From assembly GCA_051362555.1 (NCBI GenBank), contig CM120642.1, positions 26,722,001-26,786,000 on the forward strand: a DNA stretch of 64,000 nucleotides, written 5' to 3'. The position numbers were made by a program, and so were the translations under genes. Shown here piece by piece: positions 38,901-51,913 of this stretch. The stretch is from Lingula anatina (Eukaryota > Animalia > Brachiopoda). Within the stretch, counting starts at the first letter, position 1, and every line of letters begins with the position of its first letter. The notes beneath the pieces were generated by a model that saw nothing but the letters and a program-made list of their open reading frames with translations, did not search any database and was not told the origin of the DNA.

Positions 38901-41900
38901 CACACGAGTACATGTATTATTTAACCAGATATTTTAATTCACCGCTATCTATGTCCCGCTGACAGAAGAAACAACAAACACACAAAACCCCGTAGGTCTA
39001 TTTTAATATCACTATTCTGTGTTACATCCTGAAAGGGCATTTAAAATCTTTATTTCTGATTACGATGAGAATGAGGGAGTCCCAAAACCAACATCAGAGA
39101 GAATCATTGCCCGAATGGGAACGGACAGATAAAAAGAAAAAATTCAGACCCTGTAGTAGGAACAGTTAGAGTGTGCACTAATATCCATATTTTTTCATTT
39201 TTATGTGTACATCAATTAACAGTTCAAGTTGCGCATTTGTGTCTGCTTGACTCTTTTCAATGCATTAATTTTGTATATACAGCTTATGCTTGCACGCTTC
39301 AAATGTAATCATTACCTTATATCTGCATGCGTCGTGCTGTATAACTTATATATGTATCCCATAACGTCATGCCAACTGAAGCATCTTGGGCAAATTGGGG
39401 AGAATGGTCAGCTTGTTCAGCAACGTGTGGCAGAAGCTTCAAAGCACGCTCAAGGGTATGCGACGGTGGTGCCCCTGGTGTCGATTGTACTGGAACGTCC
39501 GAGGAGGGGGCGCATTGCTATTTAAAGCCGTGCCGTAAGTCAACGGTCTTTCCTTGCTCTAACAGCCGCAGCAAAGCAGATTTCATTCTTTGTTTACACT
39601 AACAAAACGTATTTTATATTATTTATCCAACAGCTTACGCTTGAAAGCGGCAATGGTTTTGAAAATAACCGCATGCGTAAGCTTTTTCCAATCAGTTTCT
39701 GTCATTCAATTTTTAGTTCAATGCATCTATTATCTTTGACATCTAACTCTAATTTTATTTCTAACAAAAAACATATGACTTTGTTTGTGAAGGTAATCAC
39801 TAGTTTATCTCAATATTAGCGTCTTGGGTATCTTGGTCGCAATGGAGTAGTTGTACAGTCACATGTGGCGGTGGTCTACAGATGAGAACCAGATTGTGCG
39901 ACTTTGGTATTTCTGGAGAGGACTGCACTGGTGCTGCAGAAGATAAACGCGCATGCGCTACTACAGAATGTGGTATGAATTGCACGTGCTCTCTTCGCTC
40001 ATCCTTCTCTTGAAAAAACAGAATGTACACAGATATTGTCTTCGGTCTGCACAAAGGCAATTTATTGCACATTGGCAGCTGTATCATGTTAATCTTTTAC
40101 ACAAATATCTGCTTGAGTTTATTTGAAATGTTCATTGTTTTAACTTCAATTCATACAGGCCAAATATAAATGGCCTTTTTGCGTATGGACACATATGTAA
40201 ATATCCAGGTGCGTTTTTCTCTAAAATCAACTGTTTGTTATTATTATTTAGCTTCGTGGGCTACCTGGAACGCATGGGGCGCCTGCTCTGCCACTTGTGG
40301 TTACGGCAACCGTGCCAGAACCAGAACATGCACTGGTGGTGTGTCTGGTGTAGACTGTAAGGGAGATAATATCGAGCGACGGACTTGCACCGTTGGACAG
40401 TGCTGTGAGTGAACGGTGTGAGAGAATTGCTGTGTAACAGTAAAATAATCAAAGCTGTTTATTCAATGATGACAATCAATGCCTTTAGTGTAAGAAACTT
40501 TCCAATTTATTTGCTTTGACATAATGCAAACTTACCGTCTTTAAACATGCTCATTGCGACTTCAGCAAAAGAGGAGCCCCCTGCCGTCCAAACGTACTTA
40601 ATTCTAAATATCAAACCAGCATTTTATTTTCATATATATTTTAACCTTAGCGTCTTGGACGACCTGGAACCGCTGGGAACCGTGTTCAGTGTCCTGTGGG
40701 CGCGGCATTCAGACACGTACACGCACCTGTCTGCCCGGTATTGGAGGCATGGAATGCCCGGGTCTGCGGGAACAGAATCGTGGGTGTGACTCGGGACAGT
40801 GTCCGGAGCGTAAGTAGGACTACATCGTGATAATTGTGATATATAGACGGTTGGCATAAAAAAATTTACCCAGCATTTAAACAGTAGGCCCTATGCACTC
40901 TGAGACATGGCTTAAAATACCCAGTTGCTCATATCCATGGGATATAATGCAGCCTACATAATTTATGAAGAAAATTTTCGGAATAGTTATACGTAGACAT
41001 AGAAGTGAGAACGATTTAAATGTCACCTGCCTGTTATAATACATACATACGAGTTTATATCCGCAAACGTTAAATTTCAGTACCTGCCCCTCTTCCTCGA
41101 GACGCACGTGACGGTAAGTAACCTCTCTCTCAGCAATACTCTTAGACCTACTACAAGTATAACTTATAACCAAGTCAAAGTTTTCATAATTTTATCGCAT
41201 ATATGTAATATTTGACATTTAGGTTGATGAAAATGAACAGTTTGTTATCCTTTTAGAAAAAGTTAAAAGTCGGAAGTCACATCTTTCAGATGTATGCTGC
41301 AGCGATCTTGAAGAAGCCGATATAGTGTTCGTATCCGACAGCGTGGGTTTCGGAGGCGTTCGAGCCAACAAGGCCCTTAAATTTGTTGAAGATGTCATAA
41401 GCGACCTTCCAATTGATTCTGGCCGTGTTCAGGCTGCATTGGTGTCCAGCGAATGTTTGTCCAAGATGGGATTCTACCTCAATACTTATAAAGAAAGGAA
41501 TGAAATGACCTCGTATTTTCACAATCTTCCTGGTATTTATAAGTTATATTGTAATATTATATCAGAGGCTTTCTTTGCAATGATTTTTTTTTTTGTCTGG
41601 AAGTCATTAAAATAAATTTTTTCTTTAAGATGTATTACATTATTTCTAGGCAGGTTACCATATTCATGTGTAATAATAAGAATATTGCAATGAGACATGT
41701 ATAGATGTGATTGCTATTGTTATACAGTTTTGATTTTTAAACATTGTCTTGTAGAGTTTTCATTTTTTATCTGATCTATTTGCAAATAATAATGAATCAA
41801 AATATAAGGTCCTTTAATTGTGATGGTATTATACAAAGAATAACTGCCTTCTTTTTCAGTTGACGAAGTGGTCCCTCCAATGATTGCAAGCATGCGCAAA

Positions 41901-42226
41901 AAGTACTTCTCTCCCGAGCATGGTGCTCGAACAAACGTACGACGTATTGGCGTCATCCTTCTTGACGACGACGCCAAATTCTCATACGACGCCATGGATG
42001 AAATAATGGCAAGCAAAGCTGAAAACATTGAACTTTTTGCTGTTAGTTTCTCTAAAAACATCAACAATTTCAAGATGAAATTTATAGCAGACGATCCAAA
42101 ATCTGCTCACATGTTCAAGACGGTATTAGGTACCCGAGAGGAGTTGCATGAACTAAGAAAGGAACTCAGTAGTTCTATATGTAAAAGTGAGTATGGTTTT
42201 AATTAATAAAGCAGAGTTGTTTTCAT

Positions 42227-42289
<63 letters not shown>

Positions 42290-44136
42290 CTTGACATTTA
42301 ATATGGAATATTTCAGTTTCGAAGGTGTGCCTAGGTAGAAATGCGTTCTTTTTTCAAAAAACTAATATCTCATATAAGATATGTGAATGAAGAAGTGTGT
42401 AGTCAGGTGTGTCGCTTCCAATTAACTGAATACCAGGTTTGTTACGCTGCTGCATTATGTAATATGAAGTAATTTAATTGGGTAGTGCTCCTTTGGGCAG
42501 GTCAAAGCTTGGCTTTGGCAAAGCACGGTTCTGTCAAAAAAGTATCCATATGTCGGCAACTACTGCATAGAAGAATTTGAAATTTTGCATGCAAGTGGTC
42601 GATTTTGCAGTGTGTAAAATGAGCTATGCAGTGCTTTGCAAGTTTGTTAATCTGTGGCAAAATGGCGCGAAAAAGACAGACATTGCCAGACAGTTAATTG
42701 CGCCAAACGAAACGGTCCGCACAGTTTTATAGAATAATGCCCAGACTGATGTACCTACATAGAGGCCACACCCAATGTATTAAAATCTTACCACCAGAGT
42801 ACAGGACCCACTGTCTTTCAGGATATGCCGTTGCAACTGAACAAAAACCACCCAGTCCGTTCAGAATGAGGGGTAAATTGCCATCAAAACGCATTTTTCA
42901 AGGCCCTTAGCGAACACCAAACTGGTTTTTGCAGGTTAGCATACCAGACGACCTCCGAGGATCCCACTGTAAACAGCAAAACATCGTTGTATGTTTCTCT
43001 AATGAATTAGGGACCATGACCGTTTTTGGGTTGAACACTGAAACCTCGTGACTTTCTTTATTGAGGTCAGATTTCACCTGTACCGCTCAACTAGTCAAAA
43101 CAGAGTTTACAGACATCCAGAAGAGGCCAACGACGAAGTGTGTGCCGCCTCTAAAGTGACTTAGGTCATTAACAGTCAGTATTTGAAGTGGATACCACAT
43201 TGGTGCCAAAACATCAATGGCAGTCATCGACGAAAACCTGAACCAGATTAAATAAAGGAATAATCTGGGAACCACTTGCCTATCATTTGATAGGGGGCAC
43301 CTTAAGAACAATTTTAGGTTGTAGGGTGGGATTGCCGGTTCACACAGAGCAGTTTTAATAACAGATTACTTAGAGAACCAAGGGAATGAACAGCTACCTT
43401 GGTCATCAAAACCGCCATATTTGAACCACGTAGACAATATGTGGGTAGGCCATTACTCGCCAAATGAATGGCCTACATGTCCTACAACAAAACTGAGCCA
43501 AATTGGACAGATTTCGACCGATGCCTGGAATGTTATTCCAGATTGAACTCTAAAAACATATCCCAAGGAATGCCTTGCCGCTTGAGAGCGCTGGTAGCAG
43601 CCAGAAGAGGTCAGGCGTAACAGCGACTGTTACTGTGACTAGACACTGACATGAGGGTCCTTTGTGGAGCGTGTAACTCTTTTACAGACAATAATTTGGA
43701 AAATATGGAGATCTAAAATATCTCATTTAATGGTTGCCGTATGACGTAGAAAAGGCAATGTGTTTTTGTTTGCTTCTCTGGCGAATTCCATTGACGAACT
43801 GATGTCACAATGACATCAAAGAGATAATTAAAAGTTATTACAACACGATTTTAATCCTTATTTTCATTTATCAGTCAGTAAAATAGGAAAAAAACTGATG
43901 AAAAATGATTTGGAAAAAATATTCCATATTAAATGTCAAGTCTGTATATATATATATATAATTGTGTAGCATGAAATTTCAAACCAACTTTTCCTATACT
44001 CTCAATTTGCATTTCAATCGCAGTACAATATCAGACAGACAGGGGAATGATGCCCAAAATTAATTTTGAATCAAAACCCGTTTCAGTTATTTATGTTGTT
44101 TGTTCTTTCTTCTTGACAGGGCTTCGAAAAAGGTAA
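26272..44136 (+). CDS. Gene 2 (complete): secreted signal peptide-vWA-TSR2-vWA-TSR13-degenerate vWA protein, paralogue of gene 1 (~1412 aa)
   Basis: Exons: 26272-26364 (MFSGVIGAFLMLSWVKVCSG-QL, signal peptide-like; upstream in-frame ATG at 26233); vWA1 30751-31173, 31452-31629; TSR 32323-32502, 32767-32928; vWA2 33134-33540, 33785-33965; TSR 34407-34556, 34979-35134, 35662-35814, 36203-36355, 36705-36857, 37217-37369, 37631-37783, 38193-38345, 38583-38735, 39382-39534, 39820-39972, 40252-40404, 40651-40809; microexon 41081-41113; vWA-like 41290-41532, 41860-42186; last exon 44120-44136 (RLRKR*). Sum is 4239 nt, in frame; all introns GT-AG. Confidence 0.9.
35864..35917. repeat. (TA)n microsatellite
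   Basis: Perfect AT run in gene 2 intron. Confidence 0.95.
42229..42285. repeat. (TA)n microsatellite, left flank of the Tc1 insertion
   Basis: Perfect AT run that continues on the other side of the element at 43945-43960. Confidence 0.95.
42286..43944 (+). mobile_element. Decayed Tc1/mariner DNA transposon (1659 bp) in the last intron of gene 2
   Basis: Perfect 28-bp TIRs CAGACTTGACATTTAATATGGAATATTT (42286-42313 / 43917-43944) flanked by TA. Broken transposase fragments: HRAVLITDYLENQGNEQLPWSSKPPYLNHVDNMW (~43341-43445; cf. Tc1 WPxxSPDLNPIENxW) and MPCRLRALVAARRG (~43570-43612; cf. SMPRRLxAVIxAxGG). Confidence 0.9.
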
Positions 44137-46111
44137 CAAGGATATTACAGGCTGCCAGTCCGTCGTAAAACAGGGGGGGGGAAAGTGAAGACCATTGGAT
44201 TGTCAGTCAACAACCACGCAACCGCTTCGTGATTCTCACTGAGGCTACTCGATATGTCATCAGAAATCTAAGTGACGTCAGTTTTCGGGTTTTCAAGAAA
44301 AGAAAAAGAACGGTCTGGATTGAAATATCATCTCTCACTCCACTTGCTTTCATCGCACACCTGATGGTGTCCAGATGGTGTTTTAAGATCTTAGCTTCAG
44401 AGAAAACCAGACGCACTAATGTTGACTCGGGTTGAATTACTAATCGCGAACATCTTATTGCTTAGGCGACCTGCGTTTTAAGTCCGTTTTCTACCCCTAC
44501 AGCTTATCAGCCGTATTTGGCTGCTCTTGTTGCCCTATAAACGCAATCGATATTGTTGGGTCGACAGTGAAGTAATGGCAGTCACCGTAGCTTTACCTTT
44601 GCTTACCTGGATGTGTGCCTTTCATCTAGACGTCTGCCTGACGGGTCAGAAAGCTCAGCATTAAAAGCGTTCTTTTAAATTTCCAACGTGTGCTAACTAC
44701 ATGAGGATTTTTATCTCATTATTAAGGTTTAAAAGCTGCAGATTTCTCTTCTTTTGGAGAAAATTAGAACAAGTTACGTGCAGATCTTCATTATATTTCC
44801 TCAGAGCCGTGGCTATATATTTCATGAATATACATTTTATAAGATTTTTTTATTTGAAATAATGCATTTTAAAAATATGTAGTGCGAAAAACATTACAAT
44901 AACCCCTATTGTATCGACCAACTGAAGATAAACCTTCTCAAGGCCAATTGAACTTTTTAAAGAAAGTCACCATGTGACCAGAGAAATGAAATAAATCGTA
45001 ATTTATTTGTAACCAATGACAAATATCATCTTGTAAATAAAACCTCTTAAGACAAAATAAATCTATCTTCCGTATTTTGCATTAAGCTAGTACATCATCT
45101 CATTGGAGATAAGTAGGAAAAACTTAATTTGTCCTAAGATCTAATAAACGGATCTTAGATTTGTCTGATATAATTTGGCAGTTTTTTTAATTAATCGGCC
45201 ATTTCAAATATATATTTTATTTGAGAAGACCATTTCAATATAGTGATTTAAGCACCTTCACCTACACCAGCCGAGTGTTTGCCAAGTACGTTAATTGGCG
45301 AAATCGTTGTTCATATTATACATCTCAAGAACATTGAAAATGATCAACAACCAAGTGGGCATGCTGTGAATAATTCTGGGCTGATTTCAAATTGTATTGG
45401 GTGTGACAGAAAGTATACCTTTCTGGGCAACCCCTTCATTTGCGCAGTGCTATTTTTAGACCATGATGTCACACCTGTGCCGAAGCTACCCGATGACTCA
45501 TTGGGTCTGCATTCGGGGCCGGGAAATTAAGCATAAGAACGCACATTAGAGGCCCTTGAAGGTGCAAAAAATGTTGACTTCTTGGAGATTTTTGCAAAAC
45601 CAAGCTCATAATTCTACTGTGCTGATGGGGAATTCTGACAGACTGTACAAAAGAAATTGAAAACAAGAAACGACGGAAGTACATGTATCCTATTTAAAGG
45701 ATTGCTTTGATATTACACTTCTGTCGTATGGAAATTATTTCTGAAACACTAATTCTCCTTGTCATTTACGTAATTTGGACTTGTTTCCAATTGCATACCA
45801 AAGGTTCTAATGTAATCACAGATGCTCTCAGCATGCGATAAATGATACAACATATTAGGTGCCGCGAACTTAAAAGTAAATCGTGTATTCATGGCAATAA
45901 TCCTACGTGAAAATTTTGGGAATCTAATCGAAACTAACTTGAATGGGAATACTTACGCATTCGATAATTTTCACCTGTACAACCTTCCATTGGCCTCGCT
46001 CGAAACGTACAAAAAAGCCGCTGATGAATATTCATGACTCACCAAAAATCTCAGCTGCACCAAACGCCGAACGCACCCATAAATTAACCTACTCCTTCCT
46101 GCACAACGCAT

Positions 46112-46117
46112 TATAAA
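46112..46117 (+). promoter_or_regulatory. Candidate TATA box of the EF-hand gene
   Basis: TATAAA about 200 bp upstream of ATG 46310; ATTGG (reverse CCAAT) near 45990. Confidence 0.4.
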
Positions 46118-46309
46118 GCTGATCGAGAGAAGCAATTTGGCTCATTATTATACCTTAGGAGCTTTCCACATACCTGACCCTGTGAAATACGAGTGGAGCA
46201 CATTTGGTGGATATATTAAAAAGTCTACAGCGTCTGAAGACAGTTGGAGATTTAAGGCTTACGGAATAAACACTCACTTTAGCTATCCGATCTATATCAT
46301 ACTTTCATC

Positions 46310-49258
46310 ATGCCGCAACGGAAACTTCCGTAAGTATTTATTAGGAGTTTAGCGATAAGTTACAAGTGCCTTTTTCATGATTTTTAATTGATTTTGGAGG
46401 TTGCGACTGAGAGTTCCTTGTCGATTTTCAAGAAAAATTATAAATATGTTGGTATCGCTTTTTGGTTTGTTTCGTGTAGTGGGATATATCTTCTTGTACT
46501 CTCGAGGAAAACATTCACTTGCTTTTAGCCGGCGTTGAGTATCAAGTTAACGATCAAATTGCCAGATAACACTTTTCTACAGTTTTCGCTGCCCTTTCTT
46601 CTGAAGTGTTCTAATAGAGAAAGAACATACCTGCTGTTGAGCAGACGATTCTGCTTCTTACCTCCAAAGTAAATATTTAAAATCTCTGCACATACCATGT
46701 AGACTTTGTAAGTGATATCATAAATAATTTGCCTCTTACCGAAATTGCAATATTTCTGACAACTCTCTCTTGCAGAAAAGAAGTTCAAGCAATGTTTGAC
46801 AAATACACCCAGAAAAACATCCGTCGGTTGAAAAAAGAACAAGCCATAACAATGCTTACAACTGAATTTGGGCTTACTGCTGAACAAGCGGAAAATATGT
46901 TCAAAACGTTCGATTCTGACGGTAACGGCAGTCTTAGCATGTGGGAGTTCCAGCAATTCTATACGATAGTCGGATCCAGGTAAGTTGACCATACATCAAA
47001 CGAGATCAATGTCCTATAATTTTGCGATTTTATGACTTTACACCTCTTATTCTCAATTAATTGCATAACTGCAGTATATCAAAATAATGTTATTATCAAA
47101 ATAATGTATAATGTCTTACAATTTACGTCCCCGTATTGTTTCAATGTGAATACTTGTCTTTCGAAGCAATGCTTGTATTCAAGTCAATATCATATAGATA
47201 ACCTGTTTTCTAACGGTACTTTGAGCCTTTGTCCGACGAGCCATCAGGAAACAACACTAAGGCGGTGATAAAAACAACTAGCCCCCACACGTGTTATACT
47301 GTTCATTCAGCTGTGCCAATACGCCTTCGGTCGCATATAAAATAACACACTTAACTCCAAATAACTTCATAATTCATCTTTATGTACAATTTGATATATT
47401 TATTATAATGCATGTTAATTCTGAAATGAAAACATTTGGAATTACTGAGAAGAGATACACCAGCCAGAAGATGCTACCATTTAAAATGTTTAGGTGAATG
47501 GCATAAGGCCAGTTAGTTGAGGCCTGTAAACCACAAATCATGAAAGAAATGCAGACGGTTGGAATTTCAGCGAGGTTAGACTTTGGATAATTGCAAGTAA
47601 GACTAAGCATAAAAATGATTTCTTTGTCAGTAAATGTTGTGAATGTGAAATGATGTTAACTTCTCTCTAGTTTTTCTTTCCTCTACAGCAAGGTTCTAAT
47701 CTAGGCTTGTGGCAAGGTTCGCCCATTTTTACTATCCACTTATAATACCCACTGCTCCTTCAACCTCATGTATATTCACATCATCCTCAATTTCCCAAAA
47801 TATCCATAAAGCAACAATGGAAACACGTCTTGGCGAAAAAAGAGCACCAGTTTAAAAAAGCACGTTCAGCGTAAAAAGTCTACGCCGTGAGGCGCCTTTA
47901 AAGCGAGGAGTCTCCATAAGACATGGAGATAATGTGCCTTTTTTATGGCACTGATCTTGCAGCCATTGGCTCAGTTTGGGTCTGAATATATCTTTTTACA
48001 TCCTTGCAAATAGATATACTGCTTATGGCCTACCTTGTCCAGGGAGAGAGATAATAAAAATTACGGGCAGTATAAATCACACCATAGCTTTCTGTAGTTA
48101 TCAGCTTTACATCAAACGGTGACCAAGATATGGTAAAATAATTCTTTGTGAAAGCAAGGCGGAAGAAATAGTTATATTGATATATTTTGAAACGAAATGT
48201 TGAATATCACCTGTTCTTTAGGAAAACACGGTACAGGTGATGTATTTGCTACATCTATGTTGTAGTTCACAGCTATGTTGCAGTTCGAGGGAGCGGATGT
48301 AAATAGAGATAATAAAACATGTCTAGCAATATAACTCACACTGGGAGAGACTTAGGTTACACCAACTGGCAATCAAATGTAGTGAAACTCTCATTAAACA
48401 AACAGCAAATCCAGCATTAAGTGACGTAATGACTGGAAGATGAAAATTGGAAAGTAAACGTAATTTCAACATTAGTTTTTTTATGATCTGGATTGCTGTA
48501 GACTAAAGTAACTATTTACAAGCGATAATTCTGTAAGTAGAAATCTCGCTAATAACACGTTGAACTTTGTAGTTAGGTGGTGTAGTTCGTTAAAATGAAA
48601 AGGTAAGCAAAACAAGAAGAAGAAACGTTTGTTCAAGATAGATATTTATTCCAAGAGTGAAATCTATTATTTGCAATCCTCATCTCAGTTAAAGTGTATC
48701 ACTAGAGCTTATCCTAATTCTTCGCTTAGTTAGGTTTTCGAATATGAAACGATACATTGGATAGTACATATTCTTAGATGAATTATTTGTTTGTACACAC
48801 TGCCCTAGTGTTTATTTGACCACAAGCACCTGTTTTATATACCGTTCTCACCGGTAGTCCACAGCCTTTACAGTGGCCAAGTCAGCCAAAACACCTACCT
48901 AGACTGAAACCTTTAGGTATCTGTTTCTTGTGATAAAATACAACAGATGGATCCAGATCCCTGTAGTTCCTGTAGCTCGGTGTGTTCATTGAAATATTTC
49001 CATTTTCTAAGAGGGCTTACAAATTGCCAGCCTGATTTGATATCTAATCAAATACAGCCTGCCCGTGAACCCAGGTATTATCAACTATTTCTAATTATCG
49101 ACAGTGTTCTGGGGTAACTTTATGTGATCTTTGATTAAAAACCGACGTTCCTTTTGGTCTTAAGGTTATAGAAGTGGGAAATGCCATGGGAAAGGCAGCG
49201 AGGGCCAAATTTCCGAAAAAAAAAGTAGGCTAGTGATTTTCTTTCTGCACGCCCCAAA

Positions 49259-49293
<35 letters not shown>

Positions 49294-49833
49294 ATGGATT
49301 AGTACACACAAACACTCTCGCGGAAGGAAAGAGAGAGAGAGGGGAGGATTGGTAAACTGCGTCTGAGATATTGGAAGCTGAAGAAAGACGAGCTGCTCCT
49401 TGGAGTTTCATTTTCTAAACATCTCTCGATCCAGTAGTCATACTTATTAGATAATTCCTAGGGCATCAGCACTTTAATATTTAATAATAAATATACCTAT
49501 TATAAAGTAGTATCAATAATATATTTTTTATATTTCAGTGTCGGAGAGTTACTGGCAAAATTCAATGAGATGGACAAAGATGGAAGCGGGGCAATAGACC
49601 CAGAAGAGGCAAGGGCAGGGTTCAAGAGTCTGATGACCAAAACTGGCCGTAACTTGACCGAGAAAGAGGTGGACTTTTTCATCAAGACGACATCAAGTGA
49701 GGATGGGCAGGTGGACATTGGAAAATTTGGACATTTGTTGTACCGTCTCAAATTCTTCGAGGGTGCACCTTCCGAAACTCAAAAGTTGAAAAAGGCCGCA
49801 AAAGAGGCTGAAGAAGAAGAAGCCAAGGCATAA
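46310..49833 (+). CDS. Calmodulin-like EF-hand calcium-binding protein (172 aa)
   Basis: Exons 46310-46329, 46776-46979, 49539-49833 (phase 2/2, 519 nt, in frame). Canonical EF loops DSDGNGSLSMWE and DKDGSGAIDPEE; EF1 and EF4 degenerate; charged K/E/A tail. Confidence 0.88.
49257..49294. repeat. (AAAT)n tetranucleotide repeat
   Basis: Tandem AAAT units in intron 2 of the EF-hand gene. Confidence 0.9.
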
Positions 49834-50838
49834 AAAGACCAAATATTTCCAGCTTTTCATTTCCTTCCTATGTATCTAGTAGTTTCCCTTCTGTAAAAAA
49901 TTTAATATATTATTTAAGAATTTTACCTACTGCGGCTTTAAAACGTTGCATCGCTTTTTCATCATATTCAAATTTTATCATTAAAATTGTATATAAGTAC
50001 AACGGCAGAATCCTGCTGCAACGAAGCTTCAGTAACGTAGCCTTGGTTCATTAGCTGTGCAATGAAGTCTGTTCCAGGGATTGAAAAGAGCAAAGAAAAT
50101 ATGCGCAGGGAGATATTGTAACAGTGCAGAAGCACATGAGTGAGGGAATATTTTCCTCCTTATAGTCTGCATTACTTGAGACAGTATTGCTAAGTTCTGT
50201 CGAGTGAAAGATAATTTACGAAATATGTGTATATAAATCATTATAAAATTGTGCGTTTAAATATAAATTAAATTATAAGCTAAAGATATTAATCACATAT
50301 TCTTTTAAAATGTTATTGTTAAACTTAAAATAGAAATAGCAAGTTTACATGAGGATTCTTGGGACGCTGATTAATATCTTCTTTTTCCACGAGAATTACA
50401 TTTTCTCTTTTTAGCAACTGCAGTTGCCTTGTGCGTAGAATACATTTGGACGTTGTTGAACATACCATTGAAACTACTGCCTTGAAATTGCCTACATTTA
50501 TTCTTTTTTTTATAACTATCCACATCTAGATTACAAATGTATACTTTAGACATCATATAAATCATAATGAAACAGAGAAGCACAATGTTTTATGTCAAAA
50601 AATCAACAGACGGAAAACTTGACTATCTCTGTATAAGAGATAGGAAAAAAATTCTTCAAATCTCTTCCCTTTCATTCCAAAACATCTCTTGGCATATTTC
50701 TTGAGAAAAAACTTGCTCCATGTTATTATGCAATAGAAAATTTGAGAATATTTCGAAGCTTTGTTTTTTAACATTTGTAAGTAACAACATTTTCTGTTGT
50801 CAAATAATATTTATTTGCAACACTTTTTATACTTTTGA

Positions 50839-50882
50839 AATAAATTAATAAATCATATAGAGTAGTTCTTTATTGCTTTATT
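50839..50882. terminator. Candidate bidirectional polyadenylation region shared by the EF-hand gene (+) and UHMK1 (-)
   Basis: AATAAA on + at 50839 and 50847; TTTATT (AATAAA on -) at 50869 and 50877. Confidence 0.5.
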
Positions 50883-51913
50883 GCTTTAATAATACAGTAT
50901 TGGCAAGCACTGTGACTGTCATTAATAATAATAATAATAATGGCAAGATGTCATGGCTGATATTGTAAACAGAAGAAAGAAGAGTAACAAAAAATGTAAA
51001 CCTTATGAAAAATTTCAAGCCAATTTTCTACTTATTACCTTGCAAAAGCAACAGCAGACTTGTTTAGTTTAGTGCATCAATCTAATACTGTAAAATGTGG
51101 CAAATGCATGTATAACACTATGCCCTCCCAATCCCCATGTAAAATTCACAATATGTCTTCAGCAATAACACTAATAAGAGCATAATTTTGAGATTCATCT
51201 TTGTTGATAAATGTTTAATTATAAATACTCCACATGTTCCAGAATCCTGGAAGTTCTTTATTACAACTGAAATAGTTCCTCAGTCTCCCATTCCATACAA
51301 CATTGTTTTGACATGCCTTCTTTCTGAATTCTTCAGTTAAATCCATATCAAACAAACATTCACTACCATCTACTTTAGTAAGTAGAATATGATTATTTAT
51401 CATGATTATAACAATTCCAATATCTGTCTTACTGGTGTTTGAATTCACATCAGTTCCTCTTCTTTCAATAAATCTTGTACAACAAAAAAGGGGTCGGTTT
51501 TACTACAAAAGTAGAGTTTTGTTTGCATATAGCAGTAAATTTACAGTTCTTTTTAATAAAATCAAAGCAATTACCAATCTTGAGCAAATAAAACTGCAGC
51601 ACTGGTTGTTCAACTTATGCTGGTTTTTCAATTATCCAAAGTAACACTTCATTAATCTATATAACATGAAAAATGTATTACCATTCCCCAGCATAACTAT
51701 CCTGATTCCAGGGCATGGAACCAGGCAACAATAACATCACTTCTCAGACAACCTATTAAGGGGCCGAGGGAAGGGGTCGTTGGGGGGGGGGGGGGGGGGG
51801 GAGGATGGGGGATGCACTCTCTGTGTAAGTCTAAACACAGCAACCCAATTCTGTATGTATGAATACTATCTCAACTGTATTTCCCACATACACAAACATC
51901 CAGCATTTGTTGT

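Noticed and set aside
2340-40809. Regularly spaced similar ~153-bp units as a CRISPR array or satellite
   Set aside because: They are protein-coding TSR exons with splice sites, with no identical nucleotide repeats
993-42073. Numerous minus-strand and alternative-frame ORFs over the vWA/TSR genes
   Set aside because: Shadows of GC-richer + strand exons, with no motifs or coherent splice structure
42317-42390. Nearest acceptor as the true last exon of gene 2
   Set aside because: It lies inside the Tc1 element; exon 44120-44136 has a better pyrimidine tract and matches the gene 1 basic tail
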